DNA of 64,000 bases from a bacterium. Lineage in GTDB: Bacteria; Patescibacteriota; Minisyncoccia; UBA6257; MFKM01. The stretch lies in NCBI GenBank assembly GCA_030693325.1, contig JAUYAV010000011.1, positions 109,603-173,602 of the forward strand, in the 5' to 3' direction. Positions 10,091 through 23,051 of the stretch are shown here, in pieces. How positions within the stretch are numbered: position 1 is the stretch's first letter; every line of letters begins with the position of its first letter. The translations under genes were made by a program, and so were the position numbers. The notes under the pieces are model-generated. The model did no database searches. It saw nothing but the letters and a program-made list of their open reading frames with translations, and was not told where the DNA came from.

Positions 10091-10750
10091 TTATTGGCTG
10101 AAAGTTACGGCAGGTTTGAGCTGGTAATAAGTTCCGGGACCGCCGGGGCCAACCCGTTCAATCATCCCCTCTTCGCAAAATTTCTGAAGGTCGTAGCGGA
10201 GTGTTCTTTCGCTTGTGCATGGGAATGCGGCAACCAAATCTTTAATCCGGCAATTCTGAACTTGCCGCATTATATCTATAATTGCCGATTTCCTCATTAC
10301 CGCATTTTCCTTGTCTTTTTCCACCACGGCCGCCTCTTCTTGTCCTATTTCGTCTACTTTGTTATCAACTACCATTGGCATTGCCGATTTAGCTATAGAT
10401 TCATTATTATTCTGCGTTGGTGTTGAGGTTTGGAAAAACTCTTCTAAATTCAATTCGGCAATTGCCGAATTATTTTGCCTGACGGCCGTATTAAGATTGC
10501 CGATTTCCCGCAATAGCACCTGCGATTGAAGATAACTTATTTCTCCTATGCCTTGGCTGAAATTCATTAAAACTTCTAAAAGCGAAAGTGAATTGCTTAA
10601 AGACAAATTGTTATTTGAAGAACCGGCTTCCAAGAGATCAAGCCCCGCTTTTTCCAAACGAGTTCTTAAATCGGCATTTTTTATGCCGTCTCCCAAACGA
10701 AAAACGACATAACAAATTTCATAGGCCTTTTGAGTAAAATTAAATAACAT
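10091..10750 (-). CDS. Hypothetical protein with C-terminal DeoR-like winged HTH
   Basis: RKSAIIDIMRQ...IKDLVAAFPCTSERTLRYDLQKFCEEGMIERVG. Confidence 0.7.
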   Translation of the reverse strand: MLFNFTQKAYEICYVVFRLGDGIKNADLRTRLEKAGLDLLEAGSSNNNLSLSNSLSLLEVLMNFSQGIGEISYLQSQVLLREIGNLNTAVRQNNSAIAELNLEEFFQTSTPTQNNNESIAKSAMPMVVDNKVDEIGQEEAAVVEKDKENAVMRKSAIIDIMRQVQNCRIKDLVAAFPCTSERTLRYDLQKFCEEGMIERVGPGGPGTYYQLKPAVTFSQ

Positions 10751-10798
10751 TAAACTTCAGTATCCTATATTTGATGATTGAATGTCAAGAGGTTTCAA

Positions 10799-10939
10799 GC
10801 AAACCAAACTTGTCTGAGAAAATATCCCGCAGGCGTCCAAAGATTGGTCTCCGCGAAGCGGAGTTTGGACGCCGAGGGAAAAGAAAATTTTGCCGCTGGA
10901 GCAAAATTATTCTGGTTTTCGAAGGCAAGTTTGGTTTGC
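10799..10939. repeat. Structured dispersed repeat, copy 1 (homologous to 27722-27948)
   Basis: Terminal inverted repeat gcaaaccaaacttgtc / ggcaagtttggtttgc, internal hairpins, and shared core gagggaaaagaaaattttgYcgctggagcaaaattattctggtt. Confidence 0.85.
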
Positions 10940-10986
10940 GGAAAACCGAAAAGACTTTGGCTGGCGGAAAAAGTTTTGGAATGAAG

Positions 10987-11015
10987 TTGACAACCGGTTT
11001 TAAATTGATTAGATT
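10987..11015 (+). promoter_or_regulatory. Sigma70-type promoter for groES-groEL
   Basis: TTGACA-17 bp-TAGATT. Confidence 0.6.
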
Positions 11016-11063
11016 GATAAATCAAAAAGGTCGTTTTTTGATATTTAATTTATTAAAATATTT

Positions 11064-13003
<1,940 letters not shown>

Positions 13004-13033
13004 ATTTCTCGGCTGGATTACTGAAAACATCTC

Positions 13034-13060
13034 AAAACGGAGGCGATTGCCTCCGTTTTT
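13034..13060 (+). terminator. Intrinsic terminator after groEL
   Basis: aaaacggaggc-gatt-gcctccgttttt. Confidence 0.8.
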
Positions 13061-13148
13061 GTTTTTTACTCGGCATCTTTATTTGACAGCGCGGAATTTT
13101 TCTGTTTTTATGCTTGTAGCATTTTAAAAATAAAACTATAATGTTGTT

Positions 13149-13616
13149 ATGGAAAATAAAGGAAGAATAAGTTGGGATGATTTTTTTATGAGCGTTGCCC
13201 AATTATACGCGGAAAGGTCCGCCTGCAAACATTTCAAGGTTGGCGTTGTCTTCGCTAAAGACAAAAGAATTTTATCGGGAGGTTATAATGGCCCGCCGAG
13301 CGGCGAACCTCATTGCACTGAAGTCGGCTGCGCTAAAGAAGACAAAAACGGCAAAAGGTTGCCTGCCGGTTCCGGTTTATGCCGCGGCGCCCATGCCGAA
13401 ACAAACGCCATCGCCAATGCCTCGTCTGAAGGAATAAATCTGCGCGGTTCAACCGTCTACTGTATTTATTCGCCTTGCTACGATTGCGCCAAAGTGTTGG
13501 TGAATCTCGGCATTAAAGAATTCGTTTACCTCAAAGAATACGGCGACGAAGACAAAAGCCTCGCGAAAGAACTTTTTAGCCGCCACAAAATTTTGGTAAG
13601 AAAAAAGAAAATCTAA
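13149..13616 (+). CDS. dCMP deaminase (ComEB-like)
   Basis: RISWDDFFM, GYNG, HAETNAI and SPCYDC zinc-deaminase motifs. Confidence 0.92.
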   Translation: MENKGRISWDDFFMSVAQLYAERSACKHFKVGVVFAKDKRILSGGYNGPPSGEPHCTEVGCAKEDKNGKRLPAGSGLCRGAHAETNAIANASSEGINLRGSTVYCIYSPCYDCAKVLVNLGIKEFVYLKEYGDEDKSLAKELFSRHKILVRKKKI

Positions 13617-13627
13617 GGAGGTGGGAA

Positions 13628-14443
13628 ATGGTTAATGGACAATTAGTAGCTCATGTGTTCGCTAGCGATCTTGACGATGCCTGGTATCAATGCGTAAAAA
13701 CGGTAATTGAGAAAGGAAGGATATATCTTATCAGCGCCGGAAGTTTTGAAAAAACGCACCGCGCGGGAATGCCGATTATTGCGGAAATTCATAATCCCGG
13801 TCATAGGCCGCTTGCCCCATTGATGCCCGAAGGGTCCTCTGTCATCCCGCCGACAAACGAAGAATACATCAACCAGTATTTTGATTATCTCTGCAGTCCG
13901 GACAAAACGGCGAGCGAACATTATACCTACGGCGAAGATATCTGGTGGCAAATTGAATGGCTAGTGGAATATTACAAAAAAGCGGGGCATGAAACTAATC
14001 ATGGCTATATGACCGTCGGCCGACCGGAATCAATACTGTTTTACGAACGCAAATTGGAGCTTGTTGAAAAAATTTCTGTTTACGACCCGGTAAAGAAAGA
14101 AATCTGGTGGGAGAGAGTAATTTCAAATGCCTGGAATAAAAACAACGAAATAAAAACCAGCTCGCAATGCCTGCGCGGAATTGACACCTGGATTGAAAAT
14201 AACAAACTGCATTTCTGGGTTTACTTCCGAAGCTGGGATTTATGGGCCGGCTTTCCTACTAATCTCGGCGGAATTCAGTTGCTGAAAGAACATATGGCTG
14301 AAAGAATAGGCGTAGAAGACGGCCAACTGGTCGTCTCAAGCAAGGATTTACATATCTACGAATATGCCTGGCCATACGCCTTGCTAAGACTGGGAAAAGA
14401 TGAAAAATTCCTGGAAAAGCGTTTGGCAGAAGAAAAGCGCTAA
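13628..14443 (+). CDS. thyA: Thymidylate synthase, divergent archaeal-like type
   Basis: YTYGE, catalytic (Q)CLR, FRSWD, PTN and LHIYE motifs. Confidence 0.8.
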   Translation: MVNGQLVAHVFASDLDDAWYQCVKTVIEKGRIYLISAGSFEKTHRAGMPIIAEIHNPGHRPLAPLMPEGSSVIPPTNEEYINQYFDYLCSPDKTASEHYTYGEDIWWQIEWLVEYYKKAGHETNHGYMTVGRPESILFYERKLELVEKISVYDPVKKEIWWERVISNAWNKNNEIKTSSQCLRGIDTWIENNKLHFWVYFRSWDLWAGFPTNLGGIQLLKEHMAERIGVEDGQLVVSSKDLHIYEYAWPYALLRLGKDEKFLEKRLAEEKR

Positions 14444-14553
14444 AAAATAGAAACAACGGCGCCGCAGATGAAAATCCGCGGCGCTTTTTAATTTCAAAAA
14501 TTTATGATAAGATAAACGCAAGGTCGCAACTTTTAATATTAAAATAAAAGAAT

Positions 14554-15117
14554 ATGAATTATTTTTCTTTAACCAATATTATTATCGCCATCGTCGCTGT
14601 TATTATTTTATGGATTATCCTGACTTATAACGGATTAATCAAAAAAAGTTACCGGATAAAAGAGGCCTGGTCGGATATTGAAGTTCAACTGAAACGGCGC
14701 TATGACCTTATTCCCAACTTAGTGGAAGCGGTCAAGGGCTATATGACCCACGAAAGAACGGTTTTTGAAAAAGTAACCGAAGCCCGGGCTCAAGCCATCA
14801 GCGCCAGCGGAAAAGACGAAAAAGCTAAAGCCGAAAATGCCCTTTCCGGCACCTTGAAAACGCTTTTCGCAGTGGCTGAAAATTATCCGGATTTGAAAGC
14901 CAACGCCAATTTTTTGGAGTTACAGCAAGAATTGACCGATACCGAAAATAAAATCCAAGCGGCCCGCCGGTTTTACAACGGCAATGTCAGGGATTTTGAC
15001 ACCGCCATTGAAACCTTTCCGGCTAATTTAATCGCCGGTTCGTTCGGATTCAAAAAAGAAGAATTCTTCGGCTTGGAATCGGAAACGGAAAAAGAACCGG
15101 TGAAAGTTAGTTTTTAG
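14554..15117 (+). CDS. lemA: LemA family protein
   Basis: AWSDIEVQLKRRYDLIPNLV, AVAENYPDLKAN and ARRFYN motifs. Confidence 0.95.
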   Translation: MNYFSLTNIIIAIVAVIILWIILTYNGLIKKSYRIKEAWSDIEVQLKRRYDLIPNLVEAVKGYMTHERTVFEKVTEARAQAISASGKDEKAKAENALSGTLKTLFAVAENYPDLKANANFLELQQELTDTENKIQAARRFYNGNVRDFDTAIETFPANLIAGSFGFKKEEFFGLESETEKEPVKVSF

Positions 15118-15146
15118 CCACTAAGCATTAACGGCTCATAAGAATT

Positions 15147-16049
15147 ATGGCCTCTCTTTACTCTCATCAAGAATCCAATATTCGCCGAACCTGGTTTTTG
15201 TTCACGGGATTTTTAATTGTCGTCATCGGCCTCGGCTGGTTTTTTTCATATATTTTTGACAGCTCGGCGATTCTAATTTTTGCCGTTATTTTCAGCGTAT
15301 TAATGTCGCTGATAAGTTATTGGCAGTCGGATAAAATCGTCCTGGCGATGGCGCGGGCAATTCCGGTTGAGAGAAAAGACAACCCCGAACTCTATAATAT
15401 CGTGGAAAACTTAGCCATCACCGCCGGCCTGCCTACTCCAAAAATATATTTAGTCAATGAAGCGTCGCCTAACGCTTTCGCTACCGGCCGCAATCCTCAA
15501 CACAGCGTGATTGCGGTCACTTCAGGATTGCTCGCTAAATTAAACCGCGCGGAGCTGGAAGGCGTTATCGCCCATGAATTATCCCATGTCGGCAACCGGG
15601 ATATTTTACTTTCAACCGCCGTGGTGGTCTTGGTCGGTTTTGTTTCCTTGATTTCAAATATGTTTATCCGTTCAATGTTTTGGAACCGGGGCGGGCGCCG
15701 AAACAATCGCAATGAAGGCGGAGGAGTCTTATTTTTAATAGGAATAATATTTGCGATCTTGGCGCCCATAGCCGCCGCTTTGATGCAACTGGCGATTTCC
15801 CGAAAAAGAGAATTCCTAGCCGATGCTTCCGGCTCTCTCCTGACCCGCTACCCGGAGGGCCTAGCCCAGGCTTTGGAAAAAATATCGCAAGACCCTACGC
15901 CGATGAAAATAGCCAACAACACCACTTCGCATCTCTGGATTGAAAATCCTTTCAAGGGCAAAACCCGGGAATCCTGGTTTACTAAGCTTTTTATGACCCA
16001 TCCACCAGTAAAGGAACGAATCAAGGCATTACGCGAGATGAGCGTTTAA
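15147..16049 (+). CDS. htpX: Zinc metalloprotease HtpX (M48)
   Basis: PNAFATG, AHELSH, SRKREFLAD and THPP motifs. Confidence 0.93.
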   Translation: MASLYSHQESNIRRTWFLFTGFLIVVIGLGWFFSYIFDSSAILIFAVIFSVLMSLISYWQSDKIVLAMARAIPVERKDNPELYNIVENLAITAGLPTPKIYLVNEASPNAFATGRNPQHSVIAVTSGLLAKLNRAELEGVIAHELSHVGNRDILLSTAVVVLVGFVSLISNMFIRSMFWNRGGRRNNRNEGGGVLFLIGIIFAILAPIAAALMQLAISRKREFLADASGSLLTRYPEGLAQALEKISQDPTPMKIANNTTSHLWIENPFKGKTRESWFTKLFMTHPPVKERIKALREMSV

Positions 16050-16050
16050 T

Positions 16051-16127
16051 ATTTGCTCCGACTTTGTCGAGAATCTCCCGATTGTATCGAGGACTCTCGA
16101 CAAAGTCGGAGCTCAATGAAATCGGGA
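16051..16127. repeat. Palindromic REP-like element; a related half copy is inserted in comEC
   Basis: Stem gctccgactttgtcgaga / tctcgacaaagtcggagc. Confidence 0.75.
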
Positions 16128-16158
16128 ATTTTTGATAAAGTATTTCCAGATAATAATA

Positions 16159-16202
16159 ATTTACTATTGTAATTCCACGATCGTGGAATTACAATAGTAA
16201 AT
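16159..16202. repeat. 44-bp perfect palindrome, copy 1 of 3
   Basis: atttactattgtaattccacga|tcgtggaattacaatagtaaat. Confidence 0.95.
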
Positions 16203-16208
16203 GGCAAA

Positions 16209-16889
16209 ATGAACAAAAAAATCAACCTTACAAATAAAATAAAAGATTTGGAGAAATTAGTGAGGCTGCAGGAAACGGAAATCAAGGAACTTTCTGCCTT
16301 AGCCGAAAGAGATACTTTAACCGAGCTCTATAATCGCCGGGGATTTATCCGGGAGGCGGAAAAATTTTTAAAAGAAATCAAGATATTAAAAAAGATTTCT
16401 GAAAAACGTAAAATTTCTTTCAAATATTTTTCGTTGATTTTTATTGATCTTGATAATTTTAAAATGATCAATAATGAATACGGCCATAAATTCGGCGATA
16501 AAGTTTTAAAAACCGCGGCTAAAATCTTTCGGGATTCGGTAAGAGATTTGGATATTGTCGGCCGCTGGGGCGGCGATGAATTTGTCATCGGTTTGGCCGG
16601 CGCCAACGAAAAAACCGCTTACGGCATCGCGGAAAAATTAAAGAATAAGCTTAAAACGGTAAAAATAAAAAACAGACAAATGAGCGCCAGCTTCGGAATT
16701 GTAGGCTATCATAAAAAAACCCAGTTCCACGGCCTTTCTTCCGCGTCTTCTAAAAAACGTCAGGCGGAAGAAAAAGTTTTAAACCAACTCTACGAATTGA
16801 TTGAAAGAGCCGATATGACCATGTATGAAGCAAAAAAGAAAAAAGGCAAGGACTCGGTAGTTGTTTACAACAATAAAGACGTTATATAA
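16209..16889 (+). CDS. Diguanylate cyclase (GGDEF domain)
   Basis: DTLTELYNRR, DLDNFK, RDLD I-site and GRWGGDEF. Confidence 0.92.
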   Translation: MNKKINLTNKIKDLEKLVRLQETEIKELSALAERDTLTELYNRRGFIREAEKFLKEIKILKKISEKRKISFKYFSLIFIDLDNFKMINNEYGHKFGDKVLKTAAKIFRDSVRDLDIVGRWGGDEFVIGLAGANEKTAYGIAEKLKNKLKTVKIKNRQMSASFGIVGYHKKTQFHGLSSASSKKRQAEEKVLNQLYELIERADMTMYEAKKKKGKDSVVVYNNKDVI

Positions 16890-16908
16890 TTGCTTTTGTG
16901 TTTGTAAT

Positions 16909-16996
16909 GGAAGGGTGCAGGAGCGGTTTAACTGGCGATCCTGGAAAGATCGTGTACCGCAAGGTACCGCGAGTTCGAATCTCGCCCCTTCCGCCA
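16909..16996 (+). tRNA. tRNA-Ser(GGA)
   Basis: Cloverleaf with anticodon arm cgatc-ctGGAaa-gatcg, long variable arm, GTTCGAATC and encoded CCA. Confidence 0.95.
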
Positions 16997-17014
16997 CCAA
17001 TTTCTCTCTATTGG

Positions 17015-17144
17015 CCCCGTTAGAAGTCTTTGGCAAAAAAATTTTCTATGAAAATTTTTTTGCTTCGCAATAGCGGGCTATAACTAAGAATAAAGCCTGT
17101 CTAAAATTAGCTTTATGCCACATAAAATCAGACTTCTAACGGGG
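17015..17144. mobile_element. Non-autonomous (MITE-like) derivative of the GIY-YIG inverted-repeat element
   Basis: Perfect 15-bp terminal inverted repeat ccccgttagaagtct / agacttctaacgggg; subterminal similarity to 40619-40902. Confidence 0.7.
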
Positions 17145-17247
17145 TTGACAAAACAAAGCAATATATGTTAGTATATGCCTATATCCCTTAAACGGGGATT
17201 TTTTATTGGAAAAAACCCTGCCTGCGCAGGCAAAAAAAATATAAATA

Positions 17248-17699
17248 TGAACAAACAACATAAGCTCTTGGCCTCATTAATCTTCTTTAATTTGGCACCT
17301 AGCCTGTTTTTGCCTAATTTGGCGCTTAAGGAAATGATTAGCAAAAACCTAGTAAAACCCGATTCCACGATAGAAGCCCAAGCAACCTCAATCCCCCAAA
17401 TTGACCCAAAAATCAATGTTATAATAATAACCGCTTACTCCAGCACGCCTGAACAGACCGACTCCACGCCATTTATCACCGCTTCTGGTTCTCTGGTTGA
17501 AGACGGCATCGTGGCCTGCAATTTTTTGGCATTTAACACTAGAATCAGACTTCCGGAGCTTTATGGCGATAAAATTTTCACGGTCAAAGACCGGATGGCC
17601 AAAAAAAACAGCCATAAAATTGATATCTGGTTCCCGACCACCGAGCAAGCCAAGCAATTCGGCGTCCAAAAAACCAGAATAGAAATTATAGAAAGCTAG
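17248..17699 (+). CDS. 3D-domain (MltA-like) cell-wall protein
   Basis: TAYSSTPEQTDSTPFITASG, VKDRM and IDIWF motifs; signal-like N-terminus. Start chosen at the downstream ATG. Confidence 0.85.
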
Positions 17700-17860
17700 A
17701 AATCCCCTGTTTACCGGCAAACGAACCCGCCGCTCTCGGCGGGATTTTAATTTTTGGCGTTTCTTGACTTTCCATCTATTTTATACTGTTATATAGGAAC
17801 AAGCTTAAAGATAAGCTTGAATTTGAAAACGCACATTAAAAACAGAAAAGGAGGTAATTA

Positions 17861-18841
17861 ATGGATACAAAAGGGAAGATTTATTTCAAGAACGAACCGT
17901 TTATGGCTGTAGTTGAGGGCAGAGGCGATAACCCGGTTAAATGCACCCCTATAGTGTATGACGGAAGGGATCCATCAAGCGCTTTCGGCAATGAATGCGG
18001 CGCCGGTATTCTTTTTGAAGACGGCAAAATATATTCTTGGGGACTTTGGCAACCTCGGAATCTCATCGTCTCTTGGCGCGCTACGGAAATACTTCGGCGT
18101 CTCAATGTTATAAAAAAACACGATTTTTGCGCCGCCTATTCCGCGGGATGCCATAGAATCAGCGATTCCGACAGAGAAAAATATGTTAAACCGATTATCG
18201 CAAAAATCGGAAATCAAACATATAAAGAAATTATGGCGATGCCGGTTCCTGAAACAATAATAAGAGCAATCCTTGATAACCAGGGACAGGATTTCTCACC
18301 AAGCCTTTTCCCGATCAGTTACGAAGTCAAAGCCGGAACAATTAAATGGCGGCAAGAGTTCGCTGATGCCGGGATTGAAAATCCCGATGAAGTTGACGCA
18401 AGAAAATTTAGACAAGATAAAAAAATCTCCAGATTTGAGCGCTTGCTGGTTTCTTACGCGAAATCTCAGGGTCTGCCGCGACACTGCATAAGAATGGATA
18501 AGGTTGAAAAAATCCTTTTAGATCTTATTGAAAAGGGCGCTGACGAAGCTTATTCCGACAACATAGTTGTCTCCATGGCAGGCACAGCAGCAGATTTTAT
18601 TGCTTCCGATTTCGCGAAGAGTATGCAGCTTGATCATGCCGGAACTCACGAAGCAATTTCTTGTTCCGCTCGTTGGCTCACTCTTTATATTTTGGGAAAG
18701 CCGCGATTTTTCCGAAGACGCGCGCATTTAGCAACGCTTTCTGATATTAAAAATAAAATAGTTGAGCCGTTGCTCTTACGGTTGCTTGAAGAATATTTTC
18801 CCGCCGCAAAAGCATCTTCGGCGACTACCTCCGCTCAGTAG
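17861..18841 (+). CDS. Hypothetical protein
   Basis: 326-aa ORF with strong SD (AAGGAGG) and a downstream terminator; no recognised motif. Confidence 0.7.
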   Translation: MDTKGKIYFKNEPFMAVVEGRGDNPVKCTPIVYDGRDPSSAFGNECGAGILFEDGKIYSWGLWQPRNLIVSWRATEILRRLNVIKKHDFCAAYSAGCHRISDSDREKYVKPIIAKIGNQTYKEIMAMPVPETIIRAILDNQGQDFSPSLFPISYEVKAGTIKWRQEFADAGIENPDEVDARKFRQDKKISRFERLLVSYAKSQGLPRHCIRMDKVEKILLDLIEKGADEAYSDNIVVSMAGTAADFIASDFAKSMQLDHAGTHEAISCSARWLTLYILGKPRFFRRRAHLATLSDIKNKIVEPLLLRLLEEYFPAAKASSATTSAQ

Positions 18842-18979
18842 AAAAAATAAACAAATTCAACAACCCGTCATGTCGCAAGACCTCTGGCGGGTTATTTTTT
18901 TAAAAAAAATGCTATAATTATTTTGTAATAAATTACAAAGGTCGAAAATAGCTCTAGTTATTATAATTTTATAAAAAAC

Positions 18980-19426
18980 ATGAAAATTAACAAAAAAGGG
19001 TTATTAATTTTGATAATAGTGATTATAGTAGTAGCGTTGGGCGTAGGCGGGTATCTGCTGGTCAAAAATAGCAAACCAGTTGTTTGGGACGGCACTTATA
19101 CTATGACCGGAAACTTGGCTTGCCAGGGCAATTTCCCAAACCTTACCACTATTCCGATGGACACAATTATTATTGTCAGCGGCAATAAAATAGTGGATGA
19201 GCAAACCGGAAAGAGTTTTGATATTGATAAGCGCGGCAAAGCGACTCAAAGCGAGGAGATAACTAATCAAGGTATAACCACTAAGGTTACGGCCGATTAT
19301 AAATTCTCCAAATCAGGCAACGCCTATAAATATACTGCCAATGGCACAGCGACTATAAGCACAACCCAAAACGAGACAGACTACTCTTCAACCTGCACCG
19401 GAATTCTTAGCGGCGTTAAGCAATAA
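18980..19426 (+). CDS. Membrane-anchored/secreted hypothetical protein
   Basis: N-terminal TM helix; Thr-rich beta domain with two Cys. Confidence 0.7.
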   Translation: MKINKKGLLILIIVIIVVALGVGGYLLVKNSKPVVWDGTYTMTGNLACQGNFPNLTTIPMDTIIIVSGNKIVDEQTGKSFDIDKRGKATQSEEITNQGITTKVTADYKFSKSGNAYKYTANGTATISTTQNETDYSSTCTGILSGVKQ

Positions 19427-19459
19427 TTGAATTCATAAAATTTAATCAAATAATCCGCC

Positions 19460-19996
19460 TTACAATTTAGGCGGATTATTTATTGGAACTGATAATAACG
19501 AAATAATATAATTAATTAAGGAGCCATGGCCCGAATCCCGGTTGAAAACCGAGCAATCAATAATATGGTCTGCGTTTAATTTATATATCGGGGCTCTTTC
19601 TTCAAATAAATTAACTATTCCTTTCTCCCTAAGACCTACGACCGCTTCTTTTTTTGAATGTCTCTCTATGCGTTTTTTAATATCTTTCAAAGGAGTTTCT
19701 AAATAAATAATCATTGTATCTTTTTTTAATTTTCCTATTGCTTCGTCTGAATAGATTATGCTGCCGCCCGGAGAGAATACGACATCGAAAAAATCTTGTC
19801 TTAACGTATAACTATTTTCTAATCGCAACAATTCTTTCTCGCCTTTTTGCTTAAGAATTTCGTTGACAGTCATTCCTTCTTCTTTTTTGATTAAATCATC
19901 CAAATCAATAAATCTCCATTTCAAACGTTCGGCCAACAGCTTTCCTATCGTTGATTTCCCCGAACTGGGCATTCCTATAAGAGTGATCCCTTTCAT
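19460..19996 (-). CDS. aroK: Shikimate kinase family protein
   Basis: LIGMPSSGKSTIG, FIDLD, SPGGS and ERAPIY motifs. Confidence 0.85.
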   Translation of the reverse strand: MKGITLIGMPSSGKSTIGKLLAERLKWRFIDLDDLIKKEEGMTVNEILKQKGEKELLRLENSYTLRQDFFDVVFSPGGSIIYSDEAIGKLKKDTMIIYLETPLKDIKKRIERHSKKEAVVGLREKGIVNLFEERAPIYKLNADHIIDCSVFNRDSGHGSLINYIISLLSVPINNPPKL

Positions 19997-20084
19997 AATT
20001 AAGCTAATTTTAAATCCTTTAAAATAGTTTTTCAATGAAAAGTTGATTTCTGCCGGCTTGAGGGCTAAAATTCATACAAATAAC

Positions 20085-21809
20085 ATGCTCACTCCTTTAG
20101 AAGAAATCAAGGGAAAAATTGATATTGTTGACTTTATTAAGTCCTATATTCCGCTTCAGCCGGCCGGCAAAAATTTCAAAGCTCCCTGCCCTTTTCATCA
20201 GGAAAAAATACCATCGTTTATTGTTTCCCCGGAGCGCCAAATCTGGCACTGCTTCGGTTCCTGCGGCGAGGGCGGCGATGTTGTTAAGTTTTTGATGAAA
20301 TATGAGAATCTGGAATTTTATGAAGCTCTGCGGGTTCTGGCGGAAAAAGCAGGGGTGGAGCTGAAGAGCCTTAATCTCCAGGACCAAAAAGAATTTAATA
20401 CTCTTTACGACCTCAACGAAAAAGCCAAAAATTTTTATAAAGAACAGCTGGCTAAATTTCCGGCCGTACTGGAATATCTGAAAAAACGGGCTCTTCAACA
20501 GAAAACCATTGAAGAATTTGAAATCGGATTCGCGCCGGCTGGCGGCGAAAATTTGATTTTATATCTGATTAATCTCGGCTATAATATCAATGATATTGCC
20601 AAAGCCGGCTTGGCCATTAAAACCGAAAAAGGAAAATATCTGGACAGATTCTATAACCGGATAATGTTCCCCATTTATAATAATTTCGGCAAGGTTATCG
20701 CTTTCACCGGCCGGATTCTGCCCCAGTTTGAAAGTCCGGAAATAGGCAAATACGTCAACAGCCCGGAAACCCCGCTCTTTAATAAATCCCGAGTTCTTTA
20801 CGGATTTCATAAAACCAAATCGGAAATCGGCCACACACAGACCGCTTTTTTGGTTGAGGGACAAATGGATTTTCTGATGGCCTGGCAGTCGGGTATTAAA
20901 AACGTGGTCGCCACTTCCGGCACCGCCTTGAGCCAAGACCAGCTGAAAAATCTGAAAAGGTTAGCCGAAAATTTAATTGTAAGTTTTGATAAAGATGAAG
21001 CCGGCATCAAAGCCCTGGAGCGCGGTTTGGATCTCTTTAGCGATTTTGATTTTAATGTTAAAGTTCTTGATCTAAACGGATACAAAGACCCGGCGGAAGC
21101 GGCGGAAAAAAATCCCGATTATCTCAAAACAGCCCTGGAAAAAACCCAGCTGGCCTTTATCTGCCTTTTTGATTTTTATTTTAAAAGCAATCTTGACTGG
21201 GCAGCCAAAAAAAGCAACATCCGCCATTTATTACGCCACATCAAGACCATTAAAAGCGCCATTGAGCAGGCACATTGGCTGAAAGAGCTCGCCTTGAAAT
21301 CCGGAATTGAAGAAAAAGTCCTAACCTACGAGCTGGTCACTATCAAAATCAAATCCTCCGCCTCAGCTGATATTGAAGAAGTCAATAATAAAGAAATTAT
21401 CAAACCCTCGCGATTGAATTTGCTTTGCCAAAAACTTTTGTCATTGATTCTATCCAAGCCCGAGTTCCTCCCTGATGTTATTCAAAACCGCAATTATTTT
21501 CCCGCTGATTGGCAAAAATTCTTGGACGACCCTTCATTGCTTCAGAGCGGGGCAAAAAACGAACTGATTTCCTTCTTGGATCTCCGTTCCAGTTATGAAT
21601 TTTCCGATCTTGATGAGCCGGCTTTGCAAAAAGAATCAGAAGAATTAATCAAACATTTAAAAATAGAATTTTTAAAAAACCAGGGTCATCAAATGCAAAA
21701 AGAAATAAAATCAGCCCAGGAAAAAAACGATAAAAACCTCCTGGATGATTCTTTGAAAAAATTTCAAAATATTTCCCAAGAAATTAATAATTTAAAAAAT
21801 AACAAATGA
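20085..21809 (+). CDS. dnaG: DNA primase
   Basis: CPFHQEK...CFGSC zinc finger, [14 protein letters not shown] and FDKDEAG TOPRIM motifs. Confidence 0.96.
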   Translation: MLTPLEEIKGKIDIVDFIKSYIPLQPAGKNFKAPCPFHQEKIPSFIVSPERQIWHCFGSCGEGGDVVKFLMKYENLEFYEALRVLAEKAGVELKSLNLQDQKEFNTLYDLNEKAKNFYKEQLAKFPAVLEYLKKRALQQKTIEEFEIGFAPAGGENLILYLINLGYNINDIAKAGLAIKTEKGKYLDRFYNRIMFPIYNNFGKVIAFTGRILPQFESPEIGKYVNSPETPLFNKSRVLYGFHKTKSEIGHTQTAFLVEGQMDFLMAWQSGIKNVVATSGTALSQDQLKNLKRLAENLIVSFDKDEAGIKALERGLDLFSDFDFNVKVLDLNGYKDPAEAAEKNPDYLKTALEKTQLAFICLFDFYFKSNLDWAAKKSNIRHLLRHIKTIKSAIEQAHWLKELALKSGIEEKVLTYELVTIKIKSSASADIEEVNNKEIIKPSRLNLLCQKLLSLILSKPEFLPDVIQNRNYFPADWQKFLDDPSLLQSGAKNELISFLDLRSSYEFSDLDEPALQKESEELIKHLKIEFLKNQGHQMQKEIKSAQEKNDKNLLDDSLKKFQNISQEINNLKNNK

Positions 21810-23044
21810 AAAAATCAAAAAAAATAAAGAAAGTAAAAAAAACAAAAACAAGAAAAAATAAGCTCCCCGGGAAAAAAGCCAAGCTAAGATTGCGCCTTCG
21901 CTCAAAAGCTCAGCACGGCAAAAAATCTCCCAAAAAACAAAAAAAAATAATCCTATTTATTGAGGAAGATTTTGAATTTAAAGGAAAAGATAAAAAAAAG
22001 TTAGATACTTTAATCAAGAGGGGCAAGAGTAAAAAATATATCACTGATTTGGAAATCCTTTATTTCTTCCCCGATATTGAACACAACATTCCCCTTTTGG
22101 AAAAAATATATGAAATTTTAGAAAAAAGCAGCATCGGGGTAATTGAAACCGAACAATTCATCAAAACTTCGGAAGACCCGATTGAGAAAGAACACAGCAA
22201 TGTTCGTGAAACCCTGCCTGATGCCGTCCAGATGTATCTTAAGGAAATCGGCAAAACTCCCCTTTTAAAAGCCGAGGAAGAAGTGTCCTTGGCTAAAAGA
22301 AAGGAGAGAGGAGAAGAAGCAGCCAGGCAGCAACTGATGAAAGCCAATCTCCGGCTGGTGGTTTCTATCGCCAAAAAATACGTTCACCGCAGCCCCAATT
22401 TAAGCATCTTGGATTTGATTCAGGAAGGCAATATCGGGCTTTCCCGCGCCGTGGAAAAATTTGACTACCGCAAAGGTTTTAAATTTTCCACTTACGCCAC
22501 CTGGTGGATCCGCCAGGCCATCACCCGCGCCTTAGCCGACCAGTCCCGGACCATCCGTATTCCCGTTCATATGGTGGAAACCATTTCCAAATACACCCAG
22601 ATTAAAAGGAAGCTCACCCAGGAATTGGGACGGATGCCATTAGCGGAAGAAATCGCCAATGAGATGGGAATTGAAGTCAGCAAAATTCATTATATCCAAA
22701 AAATTTCCCAGGAAGTTATTTCTTTGGAAATGCCTTTGGATGAAAATGAGAGCGAAGGAGTCACTCTGTCTGATTTTATCCCGGATAACCAAAGTTTAAC
22801 GCCAGAACAATTAGCCAGCCATACGCTTTTAAGAAACCAGCTTAAGGAAATTATCAGCGACCTTTCGCCGAGGGAACAAAGGATTTTAAGCATGCGTTTT
22901 GGCTTGGAAGACAATGTCACCCACACCCTTGAAGAAGTCGGCAAGGAATTCGGGGTGACGAGGGAGCGAATCCGGCAGATTGAAGCTAAGTCCTTGGAAA
23001 AAATCCGCCAGCATAAAGAAATTGGAAAATTGGAGGGATACTAA
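21806..23044 (+). CDS. rpoD: Primary sigma factor sigma70, with Lys-rich N-terminus
   Basis: [34 protein letters not shown] and [10 protein letters not shown]. Confidence 0.95.
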   Translation: MKKSKKIKKVKKTKTRKNKLPGKKAKLRLRLRSKAQHGKKSPKKQKKIILFIEEDFEFKGKDKKKLDTLIKRGKSKKYITDLEILYFFPDIEHNIPLLEKIYEILEKSSIGVIETEQFIKTSEDPIEKEHSNVRETLPDAVQMYLKEIGKTPLLKAEEEVSLAKRKERGEEAARQQLMKANLRLVVSIAKKYVHRSPNLSILDLIQEGNIGLSRAVEKFDYRKGFKFSTYATWWIRQAITRALADQSRTIRIPVHMVETISKYTQIKRKLTQELGRMPLAEEIANEMGIEVSKIHYIQKISQEVISLEMPLDENESEGVTLSDFIPDNQSLTPEQLASHTLLRNQLKEIISDLSPREQRILSMRFGLEDNVTHTLEEVGKEFGVTRERIRQIEAKSLEKIRQHKEIGKLEGY

Positions 23045-23051
23045 AAATCTA

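Noticed and set aside
10799-10939. Hammerhead ribozyme interpretation (ctgagaa ... gaa)
   Set aside because: The CUGANGA/GAAA core and three-stem junction could not be assembled on either strand
13083-13114. TTGACA...TATGCT promoter before the dCMP deaminase
   Set aside because: The 20-bp spacer is too long to call with confidence
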